Positions 1 to 9,624 of a DNA stretch of 64,000 bases are shown here, piece after piece. Made by a program: the position numbers and the translations under genes. The stretch spans positions 32,001-96,000 of the forward strand of contig JBOEGF010000038.1 in the NCBI GenBank assembly GCA_050633305.1, written 5' to 3'. This DNA is from Nannocystales bacterium (GTDB lineage Bacteria; Myxococcota_A; Polyangia; Nannocystales; Nannocystaceae). The notes under the pieces are model-generated. The model saw only the letters and a list, made by a program, of their open reading frames with translations, was not told where the DNA came from and did no database searches. Positions within the stretch are counted from its first letter, which is position 1, and each line of letters begins with the position of its first letter.

Positions 1-520
1 TCACAGCCTGTGCACAGCCGGTGAGTCGGTTGCCGGCCTGTCGTCTTGAACCCCCGGGTACTCACTTGGGTCAGGCTGCCTCACTACCCAGAAGCCACGT
101 CGAAACGGTGTTGGTCGGCGCGTTCTCGGTCCTCCGCCACTGCGCTCGAGCCGTCGGCTGACCACAATAAAAAGGTGGTTGTCTCGGTCTGCTTGGACTC
201 ACGATTCGCCGGTGGCGGGCCGGGTTGTGTTGAGTCCTCCAGGCACGTTCCCCTTCCACAAATGTGGGCTGTTCCATTTGGCGGTTACCGGCCGTACTTG
301 CGCTGAAGTCGATCCGCGGTGTCCTGCTCCGCCCTACCCGTGATGGGGAGGTCCTCATCGACCTGTAACGATCGCAGTGCCCGCGCCGTCCAACGTCGAG
401 CGTCACAGTTGACGGCTCCGGACCTGGCCGCGGATGGCGGCACGGGTCTTGAGGTCGGGCGAAAGACGTCGCGGTCACTCGCTTCGACTCTCACCTGCCT
501 GGGCGTCGGGGATGTGTCCT

Positions 521-556
521 TTGCAGCTCCATGCAATGCAATGCATGGAGCGGCAA
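521..556. terminator. Inverted repeat/hairpin downstream of the minus-strand gene cluster
   Basis: TTGC-A-GCTCCATGCA-ATGCAA-TGCATGGAGC-G-GCAA, about 45 bp past the stop at 601. No strong U-tract. Confidence 0.4.
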
Positions 557-600
557 CCCGCTTGGGAGACACGCCAGCGTGCCAGTCGAGGACTGGACGT

Positions 601-900
601 TTACCCGCCGCAACAGACGGAGCCTTCGACTCCGATCGGTCCGCCTTCTTCGGCGGTAATCCTGGCGGTCGGAGGCTCGCCGTTGCTCTCGCAAACGTAG
701 TCCGGCTTGAAGATGGCACCATCACCGATGTCGCCGACGACGTTGCCTCCTGCCGCCTCACACTCGGCTGCACTTTGGCTCGCTTCAGGTCCGCCGTTGC
801 CCGTGGGAAGGCCGTCCGGGTTGCCGGGTTGGTCGGGCGGCGGGGTCGCGGCGGGTTTGCAAGCGACCAGGAACAGAAGGGCGAAGGACAGGCGCTTCAT
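601..900 (-). CDS. Small Cys-containing lipoprotein
   Basis: Signal peptide with lipobox (MKRLSFALLFLVAC), Pro-rich linker, small domain ending VCCGG. Confidence 0.8.
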   Translation of the reverse strand: MKRLSFALLFLVACKPAATPPPDQPGNPDGLPTGNGGPEASQSAAECEAAGGNVVGDIGDGAIFKPDYVCESNGEPPTARITAEEGGPIGVEGSVCCGG

Positions 901-933
901 GGCGACGACCTTCGCCCATCTGGACGGATATCG

Positions 934-2187
934 CTACCGCCGACGGCGATAGACTCCGGCGAAGCCAAGCAGCAGCAACCATGCGTTCGGGAGGTCGCGG
1001 CCCCCCGCGGAGCATCCTCCGCCGCCGTCGTCTTGGCCGGGGTCGCCGTCGGTATCGGAGCCGGAACCCGCGGAGTCGGAGCCACCATTGTCGGTATCAG
1101 AGCCGTCGCTGTCGGAGTCGGAGCCACCGGAGTCGGAGTCAGAGTCGGAGTCGGAGTCGGAGTCAGAGTCAGAGTCGGAGCCGCCGCTGTCCGTGTCGGA
1201 GCCGCCGCCGTCTGTGTCCGTGCCTCCATCGTCATAGGGCGTGCAGTTCTCGAGGTCCCACGAGAAATCGTCCTCGCTCTCGCAGGTGTACGCGTCTCCT
1301 TCGCAGTTGGCCTCGAGCTCGGCCGCAACGTCGACGACCTGCTTGCCGACGCCGTCGGGGTTGCCACCGTCCACCGTGACTGCATCGCTGACCAAGCTGC
1401 TGCCGTCGATGAGGCTCGTGATCCGCACTTGGACTTCGAACACGGCTGCTCGACTCACGCCCCAGTCGAGGGGGCCCAGCCCGTCGTTGCTGTGGACGAC
1501 TTCGCCGTCGATCAAGTACTCGATCGCGACACTGGGCCCGAGGTTTGTGGGCAGCGCACCGACGGTGACCGAGCCCGTGGCGTAGCCCGTGCCCGAAGGC
1601 GCGACGCAGAAGCCGGGGCCGGAAAAACTGGGGGTGTTGCAGCTGTCGACGTTGATGGTTCCATCGTCGCAGCAGACGGCGGTGTCGAAGTCGACGTCCT
1701 CAGCAAACCAGTAGTCGGTGCCGACGTCGACGGAGGGGAGCTCGAGTGCAGGCAGGGTCTCGTCCAGAACCGTGACCGTCGTCTCTCCGCCGGCTGAGGC
1801 TCCGCACTGCTGGATGTCGTCGGGGTCGGCCTCGATGCTCACCGAAACGCTCAGCGAACTCCCGGCCAGCAGCGGCGCGTCGGGTCGCCAGAAGTACTCG
1901 CCCGCGGCGTGTTCGATGGTGCCGGACAGCTCGACGTCTTCATCCTGCACGACCACGGTCATTCGGGCGATGGCGTCTTGTGGCGAGAGCGCATCGGGGG
2001 CGCCTTGTTGGGAACTCAGGAGGAGGACGCCGTCGGTGGTCACTGTCTCGTGCGCAACCCGCAGCGTGCTGAACTCCGCGGAATCGGCACACGGATCGAT
2101 CGAGCAGGCGTGAGCGGTGGACGGAGCCAGGGCGAGGGCACCCACCGTCGCGACAGCACCCAAGGAGATCAAGCGAAGCAAAGCCAT
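934..2187 (-). CDS. MYXO-CTERM sorting-domain surface protein
   Basis: Signal peptide ending AHA-CS, Ig-like region, Asp-Ser repeat linker, C-terminal GGGCSAGG...AWLLLLGFAGVYRRRR. Start set at MALLRL. Confidence 0.85.
   Translation of the reverse strand: MALLRLISLGAVATVGALALAPSTAHACSIDPCADSAEFSTLRVAHETVTTDGVLLLSSQQGAPDALSPQDAIARMTVVVQDEDVELSGTIEHAAGEYFWRPDAPLLAGSSLSVSVSIEADPDDIQQCGASAGGETTVTVLDETLPALELPSVDVGTDYWFAEDVDFDTAVCCDDGTINVDSCNTPSFSGPGFCVAPSGTGYATGSVTVGALPTNLGPSVAIEYLIDGEVVHSNDGLGPLDWGVSRAAVFEVQVRITSLIDGSSLVSDAVTVDGGNPDGVGKQVVDVAAELEANCEGDAYTCESEDDFSWDLENCTPYDDGGTDTDGGGSDTDSGGSDSDSDSDSDSDSDSDSGGSDSDSDGSDTDNGGSDSAGSGSDTDGDPGQDDGGGGCSAGGRDLPNAWLLLLGFAGVYRRRR
1105..1180. repeat. Coding hexamer microsatellite (GAGTCG/GAGTCA)n encoding the Asp-Ser linker
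   Basis: Tandem ggagtcggagtcagagtc... visible directly; reads DSDSDS on the minus strand. Confidence 0.8.
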
Positions 2188-2293
2188 GCAATCAAGGTGT
2201 CGCGACATGAGCTTTTGTCCACGGGTGCTCCCCGTTTTCTTCACTTTGCTGGAGCGACCGCGACAGGGCTGTCGCGGTCAGGGGCGGGTTCGC

Positions 2294-3691
2294 TCAGCCT
2301 TCGGGTGCACAGGCCACGGAGCCCAACGCGTTGCCCGTCATGTCCGAGTAGGTGTAGGGGTCGCGCAGTCCGGTGAAGACGTCGACGACGGACATGGTCT
2401 CGACGTCGATCTTGAACGCGCCAGCCTCCGACATGGGGTCTTCGTCGTCGCGGAAGGTGACGGCCCAGAGGTAGCCGTCGGCATCGAAGCTGACGCCTTT
2501 GACGTCTTCGTCGGTGGTCCAGGTTCCGGTGATCTCCAGCGTGTCGATATGAACGGCACGCACGCTGTTCCCCTGGCTGACATACATGAGGTCGTCGGGT
2601 CCTTCGGCCAACCCCGAGCCGCCCCCGAGGCCTTCGACGACACCCCAGGTCTCGGTGACAGGGTCGAAGCGTGCGGCGATGCTTCCGAAGTTGCTGGCGA
2701 GCCAGACCCGCCCCGTGTGGTCCACCGTGATGCCGTAGGGTGCGACCCCGGCCGGGATATCCCAGATCTGGTAGGTCAGCGTGTCCTTGTCGACTCTGGC
2801 GAGCAGGGCGGCACCGAAGCCGCCAAGCGGGCTGAAGTAGAGGTTGCCCGCAGCGTCGACCGCTCCTCCGTAGGCGCCAAAGCTTCCGCCGGGAAAGTCG
2901 GGGACGTCGACCTGGGCATCGATCGCGCCCGAGAGCCCATCGAGCAAGGACGCGGTCACGCCCCCAGCTCCGCCCAAACCGGGGAACAGCCCTGGCACGG
3001 TCGAGGTCACGGTCCACACTTGCGACACGCTCGCGTCGCAGTTGCCCGGCGCGGTGGTCTCTCCAGTCCAGGCGACCGGGCGCTGGTTGGTGGTGGGGAA
3101 GTCGACGAACCACGCTCGGCACTCCTCCTGATCCCACGGCAGCACGTCGCCCCCACCCGAGCTTGTCTGAATGCCGGGGGTGCCGTTGGTATCGAGGCAG
3201 TTGTCCGGGTTCGCGTAGAACTTCGTCAGCCCGCCGTGCCGGTTGGCCACGGCCACATCCCCGGAGAGGTTCACGGATGTGCGCGACGGGTTGCCGTTGC
3301 CATCGGCCCGCGTCAGGTACCGGCCCTCTTCCTCGAGCGTACGGGTGTTGATCTTGGAGACCGTGCCCTCGACGTGGTCGGCGACCCACAGATAGGTGAG
3401 CTCGCATTCGCAGCTGCCGAACCCGCCTTTGGGCGAGCCGACGTCGAGCTTGATGTCATCGCCCGTCTCGTCGGCAGCTTCTCCACTGGACACCGCGGCC
3501 GAGCTGCTCGCCCCCGCAGACGAGCTGCCGCTGGACGGCGCCGTGCTCGAAGGGGTTCCTTCGTCCCCCTGCGAGCTGGAACCGCCCCCTGCAGCGGACG
3601 CGAACGCATCGCTGGACGAGTCCGAGTTGCAGGCCGATGCCGTCGCAGCAAGTCCGAGCAGCGCGACCCTTGATGTGCTTCCCCACCCCAT
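2294..3691 (-). CDS. Lipoprotein with Vgb/streptogramin-lyase-like beta-propeller (paralog of 56620-57981)
   Basis: Lipobox ATASAC, Ser-rich linker, GTVSKINT..EEGRY..NPSRTSVNLSGDVAVANR, repeated xDxxGxxW blades, C-terminal YTYSDMTG. Confidence 0.85.
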   Translation of the reverse strand: MGWGSTSRVALLGLAATASACNSDSSSDAFASAAGGGSSSQGDEGTPSSTAPSSGSSSAGASSSAAVSSGEAADETGDDIKLDVGSPKGGFGSCECELTYLWVADHVEGTVSKINTRTLEEEGRYLTRADGNGNPSRTSVNLSGDVAVANRHGGLTKFYANPDNCLDTNGTPGIQTSSGGGDVLPWDQEECRAWFVDFPTTNQRPVAWTGETTAPGNCDASVSQVWTVTSTVPGLFPGLGGAGGVTASLLDGLSGAIDAQVDVPDFPGGSFGAYGGAVDAAGNLYFSPLGGFGAALLARVDKDTLTYQIWDIPAGVAPYGITVDHTGRVWLASNFGSIAARFDPVTETWGVVEGLGGGSGLAEGPDDLMYVSQGNSVRAVHIDTLEITGTWTTDEDVKGVSFDADGYLWAVTFRDDEDPMSEAGAFKIDVETMSVVDVFTGLRDPYTYSDMTGNALGSVACAPEG

Positions 3692-3770
3692 CGAAGTGCA
3701 GTGTGCGACGAAGGGGGACGAAGGTTCCCGGGCAGCGGGTGCGTTTCCCCACGGGTGCTCGAGTGTCCTG

Positions 3771-4754
3771 CTAGGGGGTGATGACGAGGGAGACGGCCGC
3801 GGGACTCTCGGGAGTTCTGACCTTCCAGGTGTTGCTGTCGCCGAGGCCTGGATCCTCGCCAATCTGCCACGCGATGTTGTTCCAAGCTTCCTTTCCGGAC
3901 TTGCCGTAGGGAAGGGTTCCGACCGAGCGGGTCTCGGAGATCGTGAAGGCCTGCTCCGTGTCCGAGCTGTTGGTGATGGTGATGTCGAAGTCCCGGGCAC
4001 CATCCCCGTCGTAGCTGCAGCCGATCTCGGACTTGGACTTGGCCGGAGACATGGCTCCGCCCGTCGGGCCATATTGCCAGTCGTCCCCGCCGACGTACTC
4101 GAGCGTGATTGCTGCGCAGGCAAGCGGGGCAGGGGTGGTGCTGCCCTTGTTGATGTGAAACACGGGGTCCTCCCCGACTGTGACGTGCCAATCGTCCCAC
4201 GACCCGTATTCGTCGCTCAGCGTGACGACGTGGCTCGAGCCCTTCTTGAGACGTCCGGCCTGCTCGAAGGTGACCGGGATCTGTTTGCCTGTCGTGTTGT
4301 TGACGAACACCCGCAAGTTCGTCATTCCGCCGTACGACTTGGTCGACGTGGGGTTCTTCGGATCTTTGAAGGGGGTCCACGAGGGGGGAGGGTCGGTCAA
4401 CGAACTGGAAGTGTTGTTGTATTGCCACTGCGAGCCGTCCCATTGCAGCCAAAGGTGCGCAGATGCTGGCGTTGGAGCACGCTCAACCAACGAGAGCTCC
4501 ATAGGCTGGGCAGCCGCAGAGCCGGCCAGTGGAGCGCTCGCTTCGGCCTTTGCCGTCGACGCTGGTGAGGGCGGAGGCTTCGGCGCAGCCGTGCGCTCCT
4601 CTTCCACCGGTTTGGCATTCGGCTTGGCGTCGGCACCCGCGTTTCTCGTCGCAGGGGCTGGGTCATCGCAGCCGGGTACCGTGGCAGCGAGGGAGAGCCC
4701 GAGGGCGACCCGGAGGTGGAGAGGGCGGGGGACGGATTCGTTGCGATGCATCAT
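3771..4754 (-). CDS. Hypothetical lipoprotein with an internally duplicated beta-rich domain
   Basis: Lipobox TVPGC, Pro/Ala/Lys linker, two copies of L.(W/Y)..(.)..WQY ... W...GEDP. Starts 13 bp after the kinase stop. Confidence 0.75.
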   Translation of the reverse strand: MMHRNESVPRPLHLRVALGLSLAATVPGCDDPAPATRNAGADAKPNAKPVEEERTAAPKPPPSPASTAKAEASAPLAGSAAAQPMELSLVERAPTPASAHLWLQWDGSQWQYNNTSSSLTDPPPSWTPFKDPKNPTSTKSYGGMTNLRVFVNNTTGKQIPVTFEQAGRLKKGSSHVVTLSDEYGSWDDWHVTVGEDPVFHINKGSTTPAPLACAAITLEYVGGDDWQYGPTGGAMSPAKSKSEIGCSYDGDGARDFDITITNSSDTEQAFTISETRSVGTLPYGKSGKEAWNNIAWQIGEDPGLGDSNTWKVRTPESPAAVSLVITP

Positions 4755-4767
4755 GGACTTCCAGGGG

Positions 4768-7740
4768 TCAATCATCAGAGGAGGTTGGGGAGAGCAGGGA
4801 CCGGGCCTGATCCGCACGGTCGTCAAATCCAAGGGTGTCGAAGCCGGCCGCGGCCTCTCCCGCGAGCCGTACCGAGCGCGCCGAGTCGCGCCCGGCTTTC
4901 TGAAGGGCGCGGGCGAGCGAGAGCTTGGTATCGGCGACCTCGAACGGTTCCAAGGGGGGCCGCTGCAAGAGGGTGAGTGCGCGCTCGAGCGATCGAATCG
5001 ACTCGTCGGTTCGACCCAGGGCGAGCAACGATTGACCACGACCCTTGGAGGGCTGAGCAAGCATGGGGTGCTCGGGCGGTAAGCTCACCTCCATGATCGC
5101 GAACGCGCTGGCGTACTCGTCCAGCGCAGGAACGTGCTCACCCATCGCTGCGCGTGACTCGGCGAGGTTGGAGTGCAGGAGTGCGACCTCTGCATGGGCT
5201 GGACCGTAGGTGACGAGCGCGACGACTAGAGCCTTCTTGTAGGCTGCGACAGACCCTGGGAAGTCCGACTCGTAAAATCGAGCGACACCGAGCGCGTTGT
5301 AGAGTTCGCCCGTCTCACGGTGTTGTGGTCCCAATTCCCGTTCGAAGACTGTCCCCACGAAAACCAGGTCCGAGGCGGCCTGTTCGAAAGCGCCACGGGT
5401 CATCGCGAGCTTGGCTTGGGCGAATCGCACCCGGGCGACGGGGACACTCTCGAGTCCCAGCGCAGTCTCGAGGTGGCTGCGGGCGCGGGAGAGTCGGGTG
5501 TCGGCTTCAGCGACGTCACCGACCTCGAGCGCGAGCATTCCGAGCACTTGTTCGAATCGGGCGGCCGTCGGCGAATGCTCTCCCCATGCCTCTGCAACGA
5601 TAGGAAGACCTTCTAGGAGCAGAGCGCTCGCCTGCCCATGCCGTGCCAGCAGGCTAAGGGTATCGGCTTCGTCGAGCCGCTCGTTTCCGCGGGGGACTCC
5701 CTCGAGACTCTCTCCTTGCGCTCGCAGGGTTGCGAACAACGACAGCGCTCGCTCGTACTCTCCCGCCATCTTGGCGTGACGTGCCCGCGCTGCCAGCAGG
5801 TCATGGTTCGTCTCCTGTGAGGGCGAGGCTCCACGAGAAGCCGCCGCGCTGAGTTCGTCGATGAGCATGGCTTCGAGCTCGGGCTTCGACCAACGTCCGA
5901 CGAGTGCATTGACTGCGGTGCGCCGCGCTTTGAGTTCCACGCCCCGGAGGCCCGCGGGTACCGCTTGATAGGCCACGCCCGTGAGCAGGTCGGCGGCCTC
6001 GTCGAAATGACTGCGCATCCATGCCAGCTCCCCCCGGACGATCTGCGATTCGAGCTCCAGCGGTCGGAACCCATGGTCTTGCCCAACTGCGCTCGCAGCC
6101 TCCGTGAGCTGCTCGGCCTCGGCAATGACGCCGGTCCACAAGCGGCCACGGGCGCGGGCGAGTTGCTCGTAGCCTTCGAGGACCGCTTCCCGTGTTTGGG
6201 GGTCGTCGGGAAGTTGCTCGGCGTCGGACGCTACGGGGTGGTGACACGAGGTCGGTGAGGGAACCTGGGCGAGCAGCTCCGGGGCACGTGCCACCGTGGC
6301 AGCGTCGGCAGCGACGAAGATGTCGATGAGCGCCGCCGTTTCGCGGGACTGCAGCTCCAGGCAATCCATCCGGCGGTCCAGTAGCGCCTCGGAGGCCACG
6401 CCTTGCTCGTGGGTTGCACGGCACGCGTCCCCCCGCGCATCTTCCCAGCCGTCCGCCCAGCGTTGCAGGCTCCTTTCGACCGCGCGGTGGGTCGGGACGG
6501 CGAAGGGTTGCTCGCTCCCCTCGAACGCGGATCGAACCGCAGCTTTCGTTTCTGCGTTCCACGTTTGGGCGACAGCGCCCTGGCCCAGGGCGCAGTCCGG
6601 GCCTGTGTTCTCCTGGGATACGGCGCGGGTGGTGGCGACCGTCGCGAGCAAGCCCGTGGCAACGACAGCGGTAACAGCTCCCAGGCGTCGGGCTCTGAGC
6701 CGGCCTTCGACCTCCTCGAGGAGCGTTGAAATGTCGGGGAATCGCTCGCTGGGCTCGAATGCTAGGCCGCGGGCAAGTACGGCGCGCAGCCAACCCGGGA
6801 CCCGGGGTTGTTGGGCGTGGCTCGGTGCGGGCTCGAAGGGCGGCGTACCACCCTTGTCCATCCGCTCGAGCAACCCGGCGAGGCCACGAAAGGGTCGCTG
6901 GCCATAGAGCGCCTCGTACAGGGCCAGGCAAAAACTGAACTGGTCCGCCGCCGCATCGACGCGTTGCAGCTGGGCCTGCTCGGGAGCCATGTAGGCCGGC
7001 GTGCCCAGGAGCGTGTCTGATTGGGTGATCCGATACTCGAGCGCGCGGCCCGAGCCTTCGGAGGAGGACTCCTGCTCGCCCGCCTTCCGCACCGAGGAGC
7101 GCAGACCATCCTCGGCGGCGGATCTGTCACGTTCATCCAGGTCCGCGAGCCCTCGGGCGAGGCCGAAGTCCAGCACTCGAAGGACCCCCGCTTCGTCGAG
7201 CATGCAGTTGGAGGGCTTGAAGTCTCTGTGCACGATCCCCACGGCATGGGCAGCGGCCAATCCACGTCCCGCCTGCAGGTACACCTCAAGACACTCGCGC
7301 CACGGATGCGCCTGTTGCTGCCAAACCGTGAGGGTCGTCCCAACAACCAGCTCCATGGCGATGAACAGGTGCCCGCCTGCCTCGCCGACCTCGAACACCG
7401 AAACCACGTTGCGGTGTGAGAGCCGTGCGAGGGCCTGGGCCTCCCGAAGCAATCGTTGTTGATGCCTCGGCTCTGCGGCTCCGTGCAGGAGCTTCAAAGC
7501 GACCTTCCGGTCGAGCTGGGGGTCGTAGGCCTGCATCACCGTGCCCATGCCCCCCTGTCCCAGTCGTCGCTCCACGACGAACCGCCCCACAGTTTCGGGC
7601 TCGGCGTTTTCCTCGAAGAGCCCCGCGAACACCCGCCCCTTGTCGACTCTGGGCAAGCCCAACCCCGACCCCTCGTCGTGGGTCGAGTGTTCCGCCGCGG
7701 CTTCGCGCGCGTGCTGAAATTCGTCGCTGAGCGTTGGCAT
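4768..7740 (-). CDS. Membrane Ser/Thr protein kinase with C-terminal TPR repeats
   Basis: GQGGMG, VALK, HRDFKPSN, DFG, GTPAYMAPE; hydrophobic segment; TPR repeats (LG..HP/HR). Confidence 0.95.
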   Translation of the reverse strand: MPTLSDEFQHAREAAAEHSTHDEGSGLGLPRVDKGRVFAGLFEENAEPETVGRFVVERRLGQGGMGTVMQAYDPQLDRKVALKLLHGAAEPRHQQRLLREAQALARLSHRNVVSVFEVGEAGGHLFIAMELVVGTTLTVWQQQAHPWRECLEVYLQAGRGLAAAHAVGIVHRDFKPSNCMLDEAGVLRVLDFGLARGLADLDERDRSAAEDGLRSSVRKAGEQESSSEGSGRALEYRITQSDTLLGTPAYMAPEQAQLQRVDAAADQFSFCLALYEALYGQRPFRGLAGLLERMDKGGTPPFEPAPSHAQQPRVPGWLRAVLARGLAFEPSERFPDISTLLEEVEGRLRARRLGAVTAVVATGLLATVATTRAVSQENTGPDCALGQGAVAQTWNAETKAAVRSAFEGSEQPFAVPTHRAVERSLQRWADGWEDARGDACRATHEQGVASEALLDRRMDCLELQSRETAALIDIFVAADAATVARAPELLAQVPSPTSCHHPVASDAEQLPDDPQTREAVLEGYEQLARARGRLWTGVIAEAEQLTEAASAVGQDHGFRPLELESQIVRGELAWMRSHFDEAADLLTGVAYQAVPAGLRGVELKARRTAVNALVGRWSKPELEAMLIDELSAAASRGASPSQETNHDLLAARARHAKMAGEYERALSLFATLRAQGESLEGVPRGNERLDEADTLSLLARHGQASALLLEGLPIVAEAWGEHSPTAARFEQVLGMLALEVGDVAEADTRLSRARSHLETALGLESVPVARVRFAQAKLAMTRGAFEQAASDLVFVGTVFERELGPQHRETGELYNALGVARFYESDFPGSVAAYKKALVVALVTYGPAHAEVALLHSNLAESRAAMGEHVPALDEYASAFAIMEVSLPPEHPMLAQPSKGRGQSLLALGRTDESIRSLERALTLLQRPPLEPFEVADTKLSLARALQKAGRDSARSVRLAGEAAAGFDTLGFDDRADQARSLLSPTSSDD

Positions 7741-7773
7741 GGGTCGGGTCGGGGCGAGGGGGGAGCGCCTGTC

Positions 7774-9498
7774 CTAGGACTCGTAGTGGTGGACGACCAT
7801 GTTGAAGTAGACGGAGTCGCACCAGCTTCCACCCGCGCCCTGGTCGACACGGAGGTAGACGCGCTCGCCGGCGAGCATCGAGGTGCTGCTCGATTGTTCG
7901 TAGACGACGTTGTCGGCCGCGGTCTGGGACCAGAGCACGGCACCGCTCTCGTCGTGAAGCTCGAGGTGGACGCCCTGGCTTACGCAGGCCGGGTCCAGGA
8001 GCCCCGCGTTGATGTCGATGTCGACGGCGCCGTCCGCTGGTGCTTCCCAGGCCAGGGCTGTGGTTCCGTCGCATGCCCCAACGGATGGCGGGACCATGAT
8101 GATCGTGTTGGGGTCGTCGCTGGGCCAGAACGAAGCCTCGGTGCAGGTGGGGTCTCTCCAGGACTCGAAGCCCCAGTAGGCCGACCCGGGCTCGAGCTCG
8201 GTGTATTGGCTCGTGTTGGTGGCGTCGTACAGGTAGTACCAGCCGTTGGTGCCCTGAGCGGCGCCCGGCGCCGAGCCAAGCTCAAAGTCTGCGACGACGT
8301 CATAGACGGTGGGTGCCAGACAGCTCGTCTGGTCGTCGGACAGGGCAACACCGGCCAGCTCTGCTTCGCACGCACTGGGATAAGCCTGCCCGTCGCACCC
8401 ACACACCTCCCCGGCGGGGGCGAACTCGCATCCGATCGGTCGTGCCGCGCACAGGCCCGCTGCCACCTCGCCGCACGCGGCCGCTGCATCGAAGTCGCAG
8501 TATGCGTCCGCGTTGCAGTCGTCGTTGCTCGTACAGGCGTCGTCGCTGAGGTAGGTGTAGAAGGGCTCACACGGCTCGACGTCGAGGTCTGTGTTGTGCG
8601 GGCCTCGGTACCAGCGTCTCTTCTGCTGGGTGTTGGTCCAGGTGCCAAAAGCAACGTAGCCAACGAGATCAACCCAGTACGAGGCGTTGGTGGGCCCGTC
8701 GTACATCGCGGGGAACAACGACCAGTTGTGTCCTGGCTCGCCCGAGACCGCCGCCGTCTCGTCGGTGGGTACGGTACCCACCAGCGTTTGGTAGGCCGGG
8801 GTGCTGGCATCGACATGCGCCGCGATGACGCTGCCCATGGGGATGTCGTAGTCCGCAGCTCCGCCGACGCCGTCCATCGGTCGCCAGCGGACATAGGATT
8901 GCGCAACGGCGTCCCAGGTGATCACTGCAGAGACCGAGCTGCCAAGCTGGGCGGCCACGTCCGACGCGCGGCTTGGCCCGTCCAGCATGCACATCCCGAA
9001 CTTGTTGTAGCCCGGTGCCATCGCGGTGGAGCGCTTGAGGACCATGGTCGAAGCGACGCCGTCCACCACGACGCGATAGAAATACGTTGGAGTTGGAGCG
9101 GCGTGGTCGGCCGCGCCGACGTCCGCAAACAGGGTTGTTCCGTCGGCTGCGACGAGTTCTTCCGCGTCGGCATTCGGAAGATCTGTCGCATCGATGAGTG
9201 CGCCGGCTTCCTGGGAGCGGAAGACCCGGACGTCGACTCCGGAGAGTCCTGCGGCGGTCCAATCCAGAATGACATCATCGCCTTGCACCGTGATGTCGAT
9301 GGCGAAGCCTGGGACCGCGGGGGTCTGCTGATTCGTGGACAAGCTTCCCGATGCCGGACTTGCATGACCCGCATCCGGGCTGGCGTCTTCGTCTAGGTCG
9401 AGACCGGACGCTTCGGGGTCGCTGGGTTGGTCGTCGCACCCATACAGGGCGAGCAAGGGAGCACAGCAGGAGAGAAGGAGGAGGGGATGGATTCGCAT
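7774..9498 (-). CDS. Multidomain lipoprotein (FN3-like, duplicated domain, Kazal-like, C-terminal beta-sandwich)
   Basis: Lipobox LYGC; FN3-like VILDW...YFYRVV; Kazal-like VCGCDGQAYPSACEA. Start set at MRIHP. Confidence 0.8.
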   Translation of the reverse strand: MRIHPLLLLSCCAPLLALYGCDDQPSDPEASGLDLDEDASPDAGHASPASGSLSTNQQTPAVPGFAIDITVQGDDVILDWTAAGLSGVDVRVFRSQEAGALIDATDLPNADAEELVAADGTTLFADVGAADHAAPTPTYFYRVVVDGVASTMVLKRSTAMAPGYNKFGMCMLDGPSRASDVAAQLGSSVSAVITWDAVAQSYVRWRPMDGVGGAADYDIPMGSVIAAHVDASTPAYQTLVGTVPTDETAAVSGEPGHNWSLFPAMYDGPTNASYWVDLVGYVAFGTWTNTQQKRRWYRGPHNTDLDVEPCEPFYTYLSDDACTSNDDCNADAYCDFDAAAACGEVAAGLCAARPIGCEFAPAGEVCGCDGQAYPSACEAELAGVALSDDQTSCLAPTVYDVVADFELGSAPGAAQGTNGWYYLYDATNTSQYTELEPGSAYWGFESWRDPTCTEASFWPSDDPNTIIMVPPSVGACDGTTALAWEAPADGAVDIDINAGLLDPACVSQGVHLELHDESGAVLWSQTAADNVVYEQSSSTSMLAGERVYLRVDQGAGGSWCDSVYFNMVVHHYES

Positions 9499-9624
9499 CG
9501 TTTCGGGTCGTCTTTCGAGCCCCGCCGCGCCCGAGCGTCGGTGCGGTGGGCACCCGGGCTGTCCGAACCTCGGCCGAACTGTTCCGAAAAAAACGACACG
9601 TCCCAAAACGAAAAACGGGCGCCC

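Noticed and set aside
1..300. CACA/TGTG-containing words (CTGTGCACA, CCTTCCACA) suggesting DnaA boxes, and TTGAACC suggesting 6S RNA
   Set aside because: Poor match to TTATCCACA, no dnaA/dnaN context, and the paired 6S motifs could not be found.
319..3673. Long plus-strand ORFs 319-1797 and 2117-3673, and similar ones such as 7456-9396, 32299-34863, 49268-50812, 51970-53739 and 57515-59239
   Set aside because: Antisense shadows of real genes in high-GC DNA; Arg/Val/Gly-rich with no motifs.
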